DNA of 64,000 nucleotides from Verrucomicrobiota bacterium. GTDB lineage: Bacteria > Verrucomicrobiota > Verrucomicrobiia > Opitutales > Coraliomargaritaceae. Positions within the stretch are counted from its first letter, which is position 1; every line of letters starts with the position of its first letter. Position numbers and translations under genes: made by a program. Under the pieces are notes generated by a model that had not been told where the DNA came from, ran no database searches, and was given only the letters and a program-made list of their open reading frames with translations. The DNA lies in NCBI GenBank assembly GCA_039815375.1, contig JBCBZJ010000002.1, positions 128,001 through 192,000 on the forward strand, read 5' to 3'. Positions 1-10,703 of the stretch are shown piece by piece.

Positions 1-283
1 CGAGGGATTTGTCCGGCTGATGAATCAGGACGAATTGACCGGTCCGATGAATATTGGAAACCCGGGTGAATTTACGATCCTTGAGCTGGCTGAGAAGGTG
101 ATTGCTCAGACTGGCAGTGGGTCAAAGATCGTTTACCAGCCGCTTCCCGCAGATGATCCGAAGCAGCGAAAGCCTGATATTACTGAGGCGCAGAAGGTCC
201 TTGGATGGGAGCCGACTGTTTCGCTGGACGAAGGGCTAAAGCCGACAATCGCATATTTTGACAAGCTCCTGAGCGAAGGCTAA
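1..283 (+). CDS. UDP-glucuronate decarboxylase / NAD-dependent epimerase, C-terminal part (5' truncated by window edge)
   Basis: [17 protein letters not shown]...[15 protein letters not shown]...LGWEP is the typical UXS/SDR C-terminus. Confidence 0.88.
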   Translation, partial: EGFVRLMNQDELTGPMNIGNPGEFTILELAEKVIAQTGSGSKIVYQPLPADDPKQRKPDITEAQKVLGWEPTVSLDEGLKPTIAYFDKLLSEG

Positions 284-311
284 GGTGGTCGGAAAATCTG
301 GCTAAAAAGGC

Positions 312-340
312 TTGCACCGTTCGCGGGAGCACCTACTTTC
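312..340 (+). promoter_or_regulatory. Putative sigma70 promoter of rpmG
   Basis: TTGCAC-N17-TACTTT about 35 nt upstream of the ATG at 375. Confidence 0.45.
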
Positions 341-374
341 CGCCTCTTTTCCAAATTCCTATCAAGTTCCCGCC

Positions 375-545
375 ATGCCCAGAGAACACATCATTTTAGA
401 ATGCACAGAAGCCCGCGCTGAGGGTAAGCCTGTATCCCGCTACATGTCCACGCGCGACAAAAAGAAGCAACCGGACCGCGTCGAGAAGAAGAAGTATAAT
501 AAGCATCTTCGCCGCCACACACTGCACCGCGAGATTAAGAGCTAA
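375..545 (+). CDS. rpmG: 50S ribosomal protein L33 (non-zinc type, single Cys)
   Basis: [12 protein letters not shown]...[34 protein letters not shown]; start moved to the ATG at 375. Confidence 0.95.
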   Translation: MPREHIILECTEARAEGKPVSRYMSTRDKKKQPDRVEKKKYNKHLRRHTLHREIKS

Positions 546-566
546 GTCTTCACGCATTGACTTCAC

Positions 567-591
567 AGCCCGTTATCGAACGGGCTTTTTT
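567..591 (+). terminator. Rho-independent terminator between rpmG and convergent ispA
   Basis: AGCCCGTT-ATCG-AACGGGCT stem-loop followed by a T run. Confidence 0.85.
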
Positions 592-594
592 GTG

Positions 595-1479
595 TCAGTT
601 GACTCGTTCGTTGAGTTCAGCGATGACTTCCAAGAGTAAAGTATTCTGTCCGCCGACCCGACGGGTTGCCGTGAGCGCCACTTCGGTGTGATGAGCGGCT
701 TCAGCACGGGCGCCTTCGATGCCGTGCAGGGCGACATAAGTGGACTTCTCCGCGGCCTCGTCGTTGCCGACGGTTTTTCCCATTGTTTCAGCGTCTGAGG
801 TGGCATCCAGAATATCGTCGATGATCTGGAAGGCCAGTCCGAGGTGCTTGCCGACTAACTGCATCGCCTCGATTTGTTCCTCGTCTGGATTCGAAAATCG
901 CAAGCCCATGGTGAGTGCAGCAGTGAGGAGTGCAGCAGTTTTGTTTTCGTGGATGTAACGCAGCGTTTCGGCATCGACCTTCTCGCCCTCATTCTCAATG
1001 TCTTCCATCTGGCCTCCGATAAGGTGTTCACTGCCGCTGGCGTTCGCCAAATCGGCGATCAGACTGATTGCTAGCTTCGGATCCTGACTGTAATCCTTAG
1101 CGAGTAGCTGAAAGGCATAAGTGAGAAGGGCATCACCTGTGAGCACTGCGGTCGCCTCGTCGAATTGCATATGGCAAGCAGGGCGACCACGGCGGAGTTC
1201 ACTATCGTCAATAGACGGTAAATCGTCGTGGATTAGGGTGTAGGTGTGGAGACATTCGATTGCGACCCCTGCTGTGATCGGGTTTTGCTCGGACGGAAAG
1301 AGCTCACTCGCAGCTAAAAGTAAAATCGGTCGAATGCGTTTGCCTCCGGCTTCCATGGAATAGCGCATGGCGGCATGTAGATTTGATGGACGTGTCCCGG
1401 AGGGTGGTAAAAGAGCATCAATTCCGTTTTCGATGCGTTGACGGTATGCTGCTAATTTTTCTTTTAATGCCTCATTCAC
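595..1479 (-). CDS. ispA: Farnesyl/geranylgeranyl diphosphate synthase (polyprenyl synthetase)
   Basis: GGKRIRP, LIHDDLPSIDDSELRRGRP, FQIIDDILD motifs; likely GTG start at 1479 because the longer ORF overlaps the next gene. Confidence 0.92.
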   Translation of the reverse strand: MNEALKEKLAAYRQRIENGIDALLPPSGTRPSNLHAAMRYSMEAGGKRIRPILLLAASELFPSEQNPITAGVAIECLHTYTLIHDDLPSIDDSELRRGRPACHMQFDEATAVLTGDALLTYAFQLLAKDYSQDPKLAISLIADLANASGSEHLIGGQMEDIENEGEKVDAETLRYIHENKTAALLTAALTMGLRFSNPDEEQIEAMQLVGKHLGLAFQIIDDILDATSDAETMGKTVGNDEAAEKSTYVALHGIEGARAEAAHHTEVALTATRRVGGQNTLLLEVIAELNERVN

Positions 1480-1504
1480 GGGCTTAGCTTGGCGTAAGTT
1501 ATTT

Positions 1505-2113
1505 ATGAAGGAAACGCCAATATTTGAAGAAGTTTTCGCACGTGTCCTGAAACTTCCGAGTTTTTGGATCAAGGTCCTGATTGGGGGCTTGCTCTCGTTT
1601 GTGCCGATCCTGAATTTTTTTGCTTTTGGCTACCTGTTCCGTTTTTCCAGAGGCGTCCGTCAAACTGGCGGTCTGGCAATGCCGGAGTGGGAAGCGTGGA
1701 ATATGCTTTTTATGGATGGCCTGAAATTTGCAGTCGTATGGTTGGCGTACTGGCTCCTGCCTCTTCTTTTAGCGCTTGCTGCCTCTGTGTTGGTCGGATT
1801 TTTAGGTTTGGGTGCATTCTCCTACCTTATTTTCTCACTGGCATTCCTTCTGTCGCCGATACTTTTTAGTTCAGCACTTTATCGCTACAACATGCGCACC
1901 GATTTGAAGGATCTTCTGGATGTCGCTTTAATCGTTCGAATGACTTACGTAGAGTTTCCTCGTTTGATCATTCCTGCACTGGCTTTTGTCGGTATTCTTG
2001 CGGTGGGTGGTGCACTCTATGGTTTTGCCCTCTTTTTCGGTTTTCTTATGCTGATTGCATTTACTAGCTTAACATACCGCTCAATTGAGCAAAATCGCTC
2101 CTTCGCTCTTTAG
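1505..2113 (+). CDS. Membrane protein, DUF4013-like
   Basis: Several hydrophobic segments; IGGLLSFVPILNFFAFGY...MPEW pattern. Confidence 0.7.
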   Translation: MKETPIFEEVFARVLKLPSFWIKVLIGGLLSFVPILNFFAFGYLFRFSRGVRQTGGLAMPEWEAWNMLFMDGLKFAVVWLAYWLLPLLLALAASVLVGFLGLGAFSYLIFSLAFLLSPILFSSALYRYNMRTDLKDLLDVALIVRMTYVEFPRLIIPALAFVGILAVGGALYGFALFFGFLMLIAFTSLTYRSIEQNRSFAL

Positions 2114-2126
2114 TCCGTTTTTTCGT

Positions 2127-2831
2127 ATGCCTACTTCATTCAAGGAAAAAAAAGAGCCCAGCGTATCGATCGCTTTGATCTACGCGGCAATGATGTCATT
2201 TTTCGGCGTAATCGTTGGAATGGTTTACCTTATGTCTCTACCACTGCAGGGTTTCTCCAGTATGGCAGAGCGGGCCAAAGCAAGAGAAGAGCGTAATTCG
2301 TTGGATCCGGTTCCTACAGATGCCTTTTACCTTGAAGGACCGGTCCTCCAAACGAGTTCATGGGAGGCCAAGCGTAATAGGCTCATAAATGGTGGGGCAG
2401 GCGTGCTCGAGATTAGTCCTGGTGAAATCAATGCCTGGTTTGCCAGTAAGTTCCAGCCTTCGTCCGGGCCACCGGCGAAGAATGAGGAAGGTATCTTGAT
2501 CGTGCCCGGGCAGCCAAATGTGGCCGTGAGCGAAGAAGGTGTCTTTTTTGTCAATTTACCCGCACAAGTTTCAGGCTATGGTATGAACGCCGAGTATGTG
2601 TTGAGTGCGATTGGAGGGTATAGTTCCGGAGCGCCGGCTGTGTTCAAGATCGACCAATTGAAGATCGGCTCAGCAAAGATGCCATTGCCCGATCTATTAG
2701 GTTCCCAAATCATTGATGTTCTCACCCAAAGCTACAAGCAGACAAAAGAGTATAAGACCATATTGTCAGCATGGGAGAGGGTTGATTCAGTCGAATTTTC
2801 CGGTTCGAGCCTACGACTCAAGCTTCTGTAA
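2127..2831 (+). CDS. Hypothetical protein with a single N-terminal TM helix
   Basis: Long ORF, ATG at 2127, hydrophobic N-terminal segment, stop overlaps next start (TAATG). Confidence 0.7.
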   Translation: MPTSFKEKKEPSVSIALIYAAMMSFFGVIVGMVYLMSLPLQGFSSMAERAKAREERNSLDPVPTDAFYLEGPVLQTSSWEAKRNRLINGGAGVLEISPGEINAWFASKFQPSSGPPAKNEEGILIVPGQPNVAVSEEGVFFVNLPAQVSGYGMNAEYVLSAIGGYSSGAPAVFKIDQLKIGSAKMPLPDLLGSQIIDVLTQSYKQTKEYKTILSAWERVDSVEFSGSSLRLKLL

Positions 2832-3961
2832 TGCGTAAGTCTGTGCAGGCATTGCTTGCGATGGCTCTTTGCTGTTTGATCAGCCCAGTGCCATCCTTGG
2901 CAGAATCGAATCTTCGGACTGCAGAAAACAGGCAATTCGAGATTGTTGGACTGGATAGTCGTTCGGTGACCTATATTGATGAGCTGAGCCGTTTTATCGT
3001 TGAGGTTAGCGAGCGCTATCTGGATTCCGAGAGACTTCGGTTCCCTCAACGAGTCCTCATCAGCCTCAAACCTAAGCAATATGTAGATTTTGAGGGCGAC
3101 TACGAAATTCGTGTCGCCGAGCCAGGGCTTGTTAGCCTTGATTTGCTTTGGGAAGAGGAGGTCTCTCTGAGAACAGTTTTTCGAGCAGTATCGGAAGCCC
3201 TCATTGTTCGGTATTCGATATTCAACTACGGTAGAGGCGGTCTTGAGTATTTGCCGGAATGGCCAGCTGCTGCAGTAGGCACGGAAGCATATTTGCGCTT
3301 AAGGCCAGCGCTATCTGACCAATTGATTAACTGGGTAGATCTTTCTACGACTGCTACCATTCATACTCTATTGAATCGTGGTTGGGATGAACCAGTCGCA
3401 GATGCAAATGGATATCTACTTTTGCTGGCTATCAAAGAGGGTGGAGTTGCCGCATCGGAGCTGCGAGGCTTGATTGATAGGGCCCTCTCAGGTGCCGACG
3501 TCGCGGAGCTTTTGGAAGCGCTGTTAAAGTTGAAGAATCCTGCAGCAATTCCACTGGATCTTGAAAATTGGTGGCAGGCCTCGTTGGTTCAGGTCGTTTT
3601 GCCCAAGGATGGTGTCGTGGAAACGATGGATGTGTCCCAACGATGGATTAAAGAGCTATCTGATGTCTCGAACCTTGGAGATGGAGGCTTGGATTTACGG
3701 AGTATTTGGAAGCAGCGTGATGATGCTGAGCTCCGTGCGACGATACAGGCGCGTTACGAGATTATCAGGCTTCGTTTGATTCGGGTGAATCCAGGTTATT
3801 ACAATGCAGCTCGTTCTTTGGGTTTCTTATTCGAGGTCTTTCTTAATAGTGAAAGAAGCTTCGAATACATCCATAGCTTGACTGCTTTCCTGAGCGATTA
3901 CTCTGATGCCCAGGAGATCGAGTCACTTGTGAACCAAGTGCTGTCTATAGAGCTGCAGTGA
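2831..3961 (+). CDS. Hypothetical exported protein
   Basis: 376-aa ORF with signal-peptide-like N-terminus, coupled to the upstream ORF. Confidence 0.7.
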   Translation: MRKSVQALLAMALCCLISPVPSLAESNLRTAENRQFEIVGLDSRSVTYIDELSRFIVEVSERYLDSERLRFPQRVLISLKPKQYVDFEGDYEIRVAEPGLVSLDLLWEEEVSLRTVFRAVSEALIVRYSIFNYGRGGLEYLPEWPAAAVGTEAYLRLRPALSDQLINWVDLSTTATIHTLLNRGWDEPVADANGYLLLLAIKEGGVAASELRGLIDRALSGADVAELLEALLKLKNPAAIPLDLENWWQASLVQVVLPKDGVVETMDVSQRWIKELSDVSNLGDGGLDLRSIWKQRDDAELRATIQARYEIIRLRLIRVNPGYYNAARSLGFLFEVFLNSERSFEYIHSLTAFLSDYSDAQEIESLVNQVLSIELQ

Positions 3962-5486
3962 ATTCAGCGGCGAGCTGGTTATAGCTTTCGGCGGCTACTT
4001 TTGGTTTAATAGTACTGTTTGGCTCAGGTCGACAGAACTGTGACTCGAGCGTTTCGATTGCGATGCTGAATGAGTTCTCCGCTGCACGCATGGCGGCACC
4101 GAGTCCAACGGACCCGCTAATTTCCAAACGTTGAACCTTTGCATGAAACACATCGGCGATGACCTGGGCGATAGCATCGTTCTTTGATGCTCCACCGGTA
4201 AGGTAGATTACCTCAGGCCGAAGCTGCATCCAGTCGGTTCGGAGCTTAATGTTGATCGCCTGACCCTCGACACAGGCACGAATCGCGGCATCAGGTTCCT
4301 CCCATCTTTCGAACGCTTCGCCGCCCTTCAGGATGGGTGCGTCCAGCTTGATGCGTGGACTGATCTCTGGACGGAAAAAAGGAACCATCATTCTGCCCTC
4401 GTTGCCAACAGGCGTGTTTTCGAATGCATGAGTGAATTGGTCCCAACCGTAGTTGAATCTATTCTTCACTTCTTCGCGTGCCAGAGAGCCGTTGATGAAG
4501 CACTGAAGTGACATGGAGCCTCCCTTCGGGTTTCCAAAGACGTGGCCAAATCCATTCGGATCAGCCACCGAATCGGGCATGGCGGCAAAGAAGGTATCGG
4601 AAGTGCCGAGCGAAATGACAAGTTTGCCGGGCTGGCTGGCACCCATGCCGACGAGACTGCTTGGATTGTCACCCGTAAAGATGGTGATCGGAGTGCCTTC
4701 CGTGAATCCAAATTTCTCTACAAAATAATCCGAGATTTTACCAGCGACAGTATTTCCCTGCGCGACCGGAGGGAGCTTATTCATTAAGTCCGGTGCTGTG
4801 GCCTTCAGTAGATCCGTGTCCCATTTCCATGTTGAGATATTGAGTAGGTTCATGCCCGCACCATCTCCGGTATCGATTGGAGCGTCTGCACCGCAAAGCA
4901 CGGAGCAGAGAAATGAGCTCACGAGATGAATGCGTGCGGTGGCAATGTAGGTCTCGGTATCTTGTTTATAAAAGCGTCGGATCTGTGGACCTGTGAAACG
5001 TTCGATCGCGATGGATCCGGATTTTGCACAAATCACATCTTCTCCACCGACCTTAGCAGTGATTTCTTTACACTCTTTACTGGTCGCGCCGTCCATCCAG
5101 ATGGGCGATGTCTGCCTGGAGAGACAGTTCGCAATTTGAGTTGACAGCGGAAGTGAGGGTGAAAGCGAAGAAACTTTTTCTTGCCAGTTGTCATTAAGAT
5201 AAACTGATCCGTGCTGTTGTCCTGCACCCGAGATCGCCCCGATTTTTGAAAGGTCACATTCTTGACCAAGCTCCTCAAGAAGGATCTCAAGCGCATCGAG
5301 CCACATCAGTGGATCAGAATGCACTTCGCGATCTGCGCCGTTGGGAATGAAGCCATTAGGCGCATTGTATTGCGGCAGGCGCTCGCCGAAGTTAACTGAC
5401 CTTTCCGCAACAACTGTGCCGGCTTCTGTATCGATCACGATAGCTGAGCAGCTTTGGGTGGAAGAATCGATGCCTAGTGCATACAT
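3945..5486 (-). CDS. xylB: Xylulokinase, FGGY family, eukaryote-like subgroup
   Basis: LGIDSSTQS, GAGQQHGSVY, PIWMD, FTGPQIRR, SLGTSDT, TGGASKN; directly downstream of xylA. Confidence 0.9.
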   Translation of the reverse strand: MYALGIDSSTQSCSAIVIDTEAGTVVAERSVNFGERLPQYNAPNGFIPNGADREVHSDPLMWLDALEILLEELGQECDLSKIGAISGAGQQHGSVYLNDNWQEKVSSLSPSLPLSTQIANCLSRQTSPIWMDGATSKECKEITAKVGGEDVICAKSGSIAIERFTGPQIRRFYKQDTETYIATARIHLVSSFLCSVLCGADAPIDTGDGAGMNLLNISTWKWDTDLLKATAPDLMNKLPPVAQGNTVAGKISDYFVEKFGFTEGTPITIFTGDNPSSLVGMGASQPGKLVISLGTSDTFFAAMPDSVADPNGFGHVFGNPKGGSMSLQCFINGSLAREEVKNRFNYGWDQFTHAFENTPVGNEGRMMVPFFRPEISPRIKLDAPILKGGEAFERWEEPDAAIRACVEGQAINIKLRTDWMQLRPEVIYLTGGASKNDAIAQVIADVFHAKVQRLEISGSVGLGAAMRAAENSFSIAIETLESQFCRPEPNSTIKPKVAAESYNQLAAEFTAAL

Positions 5487-5530
5487 TAGAGTGAAGGCGA
5501 AATTTAAGAAGGTATCGAGCGCATTAAAGG

Positions 5531-5580
5531 ATGAGAGTGAAGGTCAAAGTGCGCGAGGGCATTACCAACTTCACTCTCAT
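5531..5580. repeat. 12-bp perfect inverted repeat in the xylA-xylB spacer
   Basis: ATGAGAGTGAAG (5531-5542) and CTTCACTCTCAT (5569-5580). Confidence 0.7.
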
Positions 5581-5603
5581 TTCATACTCATTATGAATGA
5601 GTC

Positions 5604-6908
5604 CTAAAGGAACTCATTCACAAGGTTCTCGAGCATCTCCTGACGGCCACTGGCAAGAGTCGGTTCGCCATTGGCGAGTGCGATTTGCTCGAGCTCTGCA
5701 AAGCTGCAATTGCCTGATTCTATCTTTGCACCGAGGTCGTTGTCAAAACTGCGATAGCGATCCTTAACGAAGGAGGAGAGGCGCCCGTCTTTACGGATAG
5801 CGTTAGCGATCTTCAGGCCGCGAGCGAAAGCATCCATGCCGCCGATGTGAGCGTGTATGAGGTCGATCGGTTCGTGAGACTCGCGACGACGCTTAGCGTC
5901 AAAATTAAGGCCGCCGGTAGTGAAGCCGCCCATTTCAAGGACGCATAGCATTACTTGGGTGGTGAGATAAATATCGGTCGGGAACTGGTCCGTATCCCAG
6001 CCGATTAGCTCGTCACCACGATTGGCATCGATGCTGCCGAGCATTCCGGCGTTTATTGCGACGGTGAGTTCGTGCTCCATGGTGTGTCCAGCGAGAGTTG
6101 CATGGTTCGTTTCGATATTGAGGCGGAACTTCTCCATCAGGCCGTATTCACGAAGGAAATTGAGACAGGCTGCAGAGTCGGAGTCATATTGATGCGTAGA
6201 TGGCTCGCGTGGTTTCGGCTCGATATAGAATGGGCCTTCGAAGCCGATATTCCTGGCATGATCAACTGCCATGTGGAGGAAGGCGGCTAGGTGGTCGAGC
6301 TCGCGCTTCATATCCGTATTGAGCAATGTTGCGTAACCTTCACGGCCCCCCCAGAAGGTGTAGCCGAGACCGTCGAGCTCCTTCGTGCATTCAATCGCTT
6401 TCTTAACTTGAGCCGCGGCATAGGCAAAGACGTTGAGGTCGGGCGATGTCGCACCACCGTGTGCATAGCGCTCATGGGAGAAGAGGCATGCTGTGCCCCA
6501 AAGAAGCTTCACACCAGTCTCGGTTTGCTTTTCCTTCAGCCTCGTGACGACGGTATCGAGTGCCTTGTTGGATGCAGCAAGATCGCTGAGCTCAGGGGCG
6601 ATGTCGCGGTCGTGCCAGCAGTAGAATTCAATGCCAATCTTTTCGAGGAACTCGAAGAAAACATCGATCCGCTTGAGGGCATTGTCGACGGAATCGGAGC
6701 CGTCATCCCAAGGCATTTGTGCAGTGCCACCGCCGAAGGGGTCGGAAAGAACATTGCGCATAACGTGCCAGTAGGGCGCCGCGAAACGGAGGTGCTCTTT
6801 CATCGGCTTACCGTCGACCAGCTCGTCCGGATTGTAGTGCTTGAAGGCAAGTGGGTTTTTTGAGGAAGGGCCCTCGAATTGGACTTTGTCGCAGTCGAAA
6901 TATTGCAT
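5604..6908 (-). CDS. xylA: Xylose isomerase, class II
   Basis: [53 protein letters not shown]. Confidence 0.98.
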   Translation of the reverse strand: MQYFDCDKVQFEGPSSKNPLAFKHYNPDELVDGKPMKEHLRFAAPYWHVMRNVLSDPFGGGTAQMPWDDGSDSVDNALKRIDVFFEFLEKIGIEFYCWHDRDIAPELSDLAASNKALDTVVTRLKEKQTETGVKLLWGTACLFSHERYAHGGATSPDLNVFAYAAAQVKKAIECTKELDGLGYTFWGGREGYATLLNTDMKRELDHLAAFLHMAVDHARNIGFEGPFYIEPKPREPSTHQYDSDSAACLNFLREYGLMEKFRLNIETNHATLAGHTMEHELTVAINAGMLGSIDANRGDELIGWDTDQFPTDIYLTTQVMLCVLEMGGFTTGGLNFDAKRRRESHEPIDLIHAHIGGMDAFARGLKIANAIRKDGRLSSFVKDRYRSFDNDLGAKIESGNCSFAELEQIALANGEPTLASGRQEMLENLVNEFL

Positions 6909-7034
6909 ATGATCGGGTAAGGATGTGTTGAAGTATAACTTAGCTTACATAAGCTTTAAATCAGTCCAGTATATCTAAAGCGATGCGAATTTGGAATTGC
7001 GAGAATCAGCAAGTTCTTTGCAGAATTCGTCAGA

Positions 7035-7766
7035 ATGTCGGATATTGAAGAGAGCTGGGAGCAACTCTCCACTGAAGTAGTGGTTACGCTTTTTAATCAG
7101 ATCGATGGGGTGCTTTTTTGGGTCAAAGACCGTAAACACCGGATTACTGCGCTCAATCGGGCTTTTGCCGAGCGCGTCAAACTCGAAACCTATGAAGTCA
7201 TCGGGAAGACAGATGCGGACTTGTATTATTCCGAGTTGGCTGCAGTTTTTGTAAAGGATGATCAACGGGTTCTGGAGTCAGGCCGGCCCATGCGTCGCAA
7301 GGTCGAGTTGCTCTCAAGCCAGTTTGGAGGTATCGAATGGCGTTCAACGACAAAATTGCCCTTAAAAAATGCCCAAGGGGAAATAGTTGGGACGACTGGT
7401 ATTTCACGACCGCTACCGGAAACCTCTGATGGATTGCCAGTCCAATATCGGGCCTTTGCAGAAATTGTTGAATATGCGCGCGCGCATCTGTCGGAGAGAG
7501 TCAGTGTTCTTGACATTGCGCAAGAGTCGGGAATGTCGATTGCTACGCTAGAACGCCGCTTCAAGGAACATCTTCAGTTGAGCCCAAGTGCTTTTCTCTC
7601 TCAGTTGCGCCTGTCGCATGCCTGTGAGCTACTTAGGGATACACCGCTAAACATGGCGGAAGTCGCTTTGAAGTGCGGCTATGAAAGTGCTGCTGCCTTT
7701 TCGCGGGCCTTTCGGCGGGGGACCAATCAATCGCCGAGCGGTTTTCGCGCCAGCTCCCGAAGATAG
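7035..7766 (+). CDS. PAS-domain AraC-family transcriptional regulator, divergent from xylAB
   Basis: N-terminal PAS-like FWVKD...GKTDADL and C-terminal AraC HTH (CGYESAAAFSRAFRR...SPSGFR). Confidence 0.9.
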   Translation: MSDIEESWEQLSTEVVVTLFNQIDGVLFWVKDRKHRITALNRAFAERVKLETYEVIGKTDADLYYSELAAVFVKDDQRVLESGRPMRRKVELLSSQFGGIEWRSTTKLPLKNAQGEIVGTTGISRPLPETSDGLPVQYRAFAEIVEYARAHLSERVSVLDIAQESGMSIATLERRFKEHLQLSPSAFLSQLRLSHACELLRDTPLNMAEVALKCGYESAAAFSRAFRRGTNQSPSGFRASSRR

Positions 7767-7769
7767 CGC

Positions 7770-8762
7770 CTACATGTAGTAGCGCACGTAGGATTCATTA
7801 CGAACGTCTTGTAGCCAGCGGTCCTGTGCCTCACGAGCAAGTTCTCCGACGAGCACATTTTCAATGATATCGCGAACCTGCGAGATCGGTTGTATCATCT
7901 CGTCACGCCGTTCTTCCGAATAAAGAATGAAGATGGTATCACGTAGTTCAATCGGTTGGCTAAACTCTCCTCGTTTCAGAGCAAAAGCGGCATCGCTGAG
8001 TTCCTTTCGAATATCCTTGCGCTCAATCCAGCCCCAGTCGCCCCCGCGGCGACTCATTTCGTCCTGACTATATTTTCGCGCGATGTCTCCAAAATTTCCG
8101 CCAGCTTCGAGTTCCTGAATCACTTGCTTGGCCGTCTGGCGGAGCGGAACAAGTCCTTCGTCGGCAATCGGGCTAAGAATAATCTGTCGCAAGTGCATTG
8201 CCTCTGCCTGATAGAAACGGACTTTGTTTTTCACATAAAAGTCTTCGATCCGTTCCGGGCTTATCTCGGATTGAGACTGACGAGTTCTCTGGCGCATTAC
8301 ATTTACCACCACTCGCTCGTAGAGATCTCTACGGTAGTCCCGCGCTGTGATGCCACGAGCTTGCAGATATTGCAGAAATCGTCCCCGGTCGCCTCCAAAG
8401 TCACGCGCGATGACATCGTCGTATTCCTGATCAACATAGGACTGAGGAATCAACAAACCCTCTTCTTCGGCTGCTTTGACGATTATGATACGGTCGATCA
8501 TGTTTTGCAGCACTTCACGGCTGAGCTTATCGACGCGTTGGGTAAAATCCTGCGCACTGGTTGATTCGACGCGAAGGCGTGGGATAATGGGCTCCAGTTC
8601 ACGACGTAGTTCCTGAACCGTAATGATCTGACCTTCTGCCACCGCTGCAATGCCGTTGCCGAGCCGAAGCAGGGCCGGGTCTTGAGCCTGTCCGGCTACA
8701 GGAGCTTTCGAAGCAAGAATAGTGAACACGACGACTGAAAGTAGATTGCGGTAGAACTTCAT
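7770..8762 (-). CDS. surA: SurA/PrsA-like parvulin peptidyl-prolyl isomerase
   Basis: Signal peptide, [24 protein letters not shown]...GGDWGW parvulin motif. Confidence 0.8.
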   Translation of the reverse strand: MKFYRNLLSVVVFTILASKAPVAGQAQDPALLRLGNGIAAVAEGQIITVQELRRELEPIIPRLRVESTSAQDFTQRVDKLSREVLQNMIDRIIIVKAAEEEGLLIPQSYVDQEYDDVIARDFGGDRGRFLQYLQARGITARDYRRDLYERVVVNVMRQRTRQSQSEISPERIEDFYVKNKVRFYQAEAMHLRQIILSPIADEGLVPLRQTAKQVIQELEAGGNFGDIARKYSQDEMSRRGGDWGWIERKDIRKELSDAAFALKRGEFSQPIELRDTIFILYSEERRDEMIQPISQVRDIIENVLVGELAREAQDRWLQDVRNESYVRYYM

Positions 8763-8851
8763 GTTTGATTCAGGCGAGTTAGATCGCAGTTTTTGCAACA
8801 CCCTAGAAAGGCCGACTCTACGGTCAAGCGGTATCGGCTCGCCTTTGGTTC

Positions 8852-9478
8852 CTACGCTTCAGCTGCTATGGCCAGTGCAGCCTTGACCTGCTGCGTGATC
8901 GCAGGCCAGTCCTTCTCTGCAATTTGGTTTTTGGTTGCGAGCCATGAGCCGCCGATGGCAAAGACTTCTCTCATTGAGAGATAATCATTCATGTTGTTGA
9001 ATGAAACACCTCCTGTGGGGCAGAATTTCAAGCCGAGACTGGCGTAGGGTGCAGACATTGCCTTGAGCAGTTTCGGTCCCCCAGCTGCGCCTGCAGGGAA
9101 AAACTTCAAGTGGCTACATCCTGCCTTGATTGCGGACTGGATGTCACTCGGGGTCATGACGCCGGGAATGAAGGGCACGCCTCGGTCCTTGAAGTAGGCG
9201 ATCGTTTCCGGATCGGTGCCGGGAGCGAGGCCGAACTTGCTGCCGGCTTCGATTGCGCGCTGAGCTTGTTCCAGAGTCACGACAGTGCCTGCACCTACCA
9301 TCATTTCCGGGAAACGCTTTGATATCCGTTCGATGGCTTCAGCTGCTGCAGAGGTGCGGAAAGTGACCTCAACAATCCTCAGACCGCCCTCGAGCAATGC
9401 ATCGGCGAGCGGTTCGGCATCGTTCGCGTCTTCGATTACGATAACTGGAATTACGGGGTATTGCTCGAGTTCCGACAT
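8852..9478 (-). CDS. eda: KDPG/KHG aldolase
   Basis: [38 protein letters not shown]. Confidence 0.95.
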   Translation of the reverse strand: MSELEQYPVIPVIVIEDANDAEPLADALLEGGLRIVEVTFRTSAAAEAIERISKRFPEMMVGAGTVVTLEQAQRAIEAGSKFGLAPGTDPETIAYFKDRGVPFIPGVMTPSDIQSAIKAGCSHLKFFPAGAAGGPKLLKAMSAPYASLGLKFCPTGGVSFNNMNDYLSMREVFAIGGSWLATKNQIAEKDWPAITQQVKAALAIAAEA

Positions 9479-9495
9479 AGTAGATTTTCGATCGC

Positions 9496-10593
9496 CTAGC
9501 GGTCTACCCGTGCTCCGCCGCCTCCTTTGATTTTCTTCACTTCTTTGAGCGATGCCATGGTAGTGTCACCGGGAGTGGTCATTGCGAGTGCGCCGTGGAC
9601 GCAACCGTAGTCAACTGCTTCCTGCGGATCGTTCTCAATGAGGAAGCCGTAGATAAAACCTGATGCGAAGCTATCGCCGCCGCCGACTCGGTCCAGAATT
9701 TCAAGTGCTGGAAACTTAAGAGACTCATAGAACTCTCCGTCGTGCCAGGCGATTGCGGCCCAGTCGTTGATGGTTGCTGTTTTGACTGCGCGGAGTGTGG
9801 TGGCTGTGGCCTTGAAGTTTGGAAACTCCTTGGTCGCAGTTTCGATCATCTTTTTGAATGCCTCGACCGGGATATGTGAGATGTTCTCGTCTACGCCCTC
9901 AACTTCGAATCCGAGACATGCAGTAAAGTCTTCTTCATTTCCAATCATTACATCGACATATTTCGCGATTTCCCGGTTCACTTTCCGGCACTTTTCAAGG
10001 CCGCCGAAATCCTTCCAGAGGGAAGGGCGGTAGTTCAGATCGTAGCTGACGACCGTGCCGTGTTTTTTTGCACACTTTACCGCGTCCAGCACCACGTCGG
10101 GTGTGGTCGTGCTGAGTGCCGCATAGATGCCACCAGTGTGAAACCATTGTGCTCCGCGGTTGCCGAAGATTTCTTCCCAGTCGATGTCGCCAGGCTTAAG
10201 CTGGCTTGCTGCAGTGTTTCCCCGGTCCGGACAACCGACCGCACCACGAATGCCGTAGCCCCGTTCGGTGAAATTGAGGCCATTACGCACCTCGCGTCCG
10301 ATACCGTCATAGTCGACCCATTTGATGAAACGGGTGTCGACACCACCTTGCATGATAAAGTCCTCCACGAGGCGACCGACCGGGTTGTCAGCAAAGGCAG
10401 TCACGACTGCGGTTCTCAAGCCGAAGCAGCGACGAAGACCACGTGTGACGTTGTATTCTCCTCCGCCTTCCCAAGCGTTGAATTGACGGGTCGTGTGAAT
10501 CCGGTTTTCGCCCGGATCAAGGCGAAGCATCACCTCCCCCAGGGAAACACATGCATATTCGCAGGAATCAGCGGATTTGATATCTATAGCCAT
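9496..10593 (-). CDS. kdgK: 2-keto-3-deoxygluconate kinase (PfkB family)
   Basis: LGEVMLRLDP, GGGEYNV, YDLNYRPSLW, DRVGGGDSFASG; in operon with eda. Confidence 0.9.
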   Translation of the reverse strand: MAIDIKSADSCEYACVSLGEVMLRLDPGENRIHTTRQFNAWEGGGEYNVTRGLRRCFGLRTAVVTAFADNPVGRLVEDFIMQGGVDTRFIKWVDYDGIGREVRNGLNFTERGYGIRGAVGCPDRGNTAASQLKPGDIDWEEIFGNRGAQWFHTGGIYAALSTTTPDVVLDAVKCAKKHGTVVSYDLNYRPSLWKDFGGLEKCRKVNREIAKYVDVMIGNEEDFTACLGFEVEGVDENISHIPVEAFKKMIETATKEFPNFKATATTLRAVKTATINDWAAIAWHDGEFYESLKFPALEILDRVGGGDSFASGFIYGFLIENDPQEAVDYGCVHGALAMTTPGDTTMASLKEVKKIKGGGGARVDR

Positions 10594-10703
10594 AAGTTCA
10601 AATGATGGAGTTGAGACTAAGTGCAGAAAAAACCGCCGAAACTAGCGGCTAAGCTAAAAATGTATAATTGCATAATGAGGTCTAATTTTGCACTTTTGCG
10701 CAA

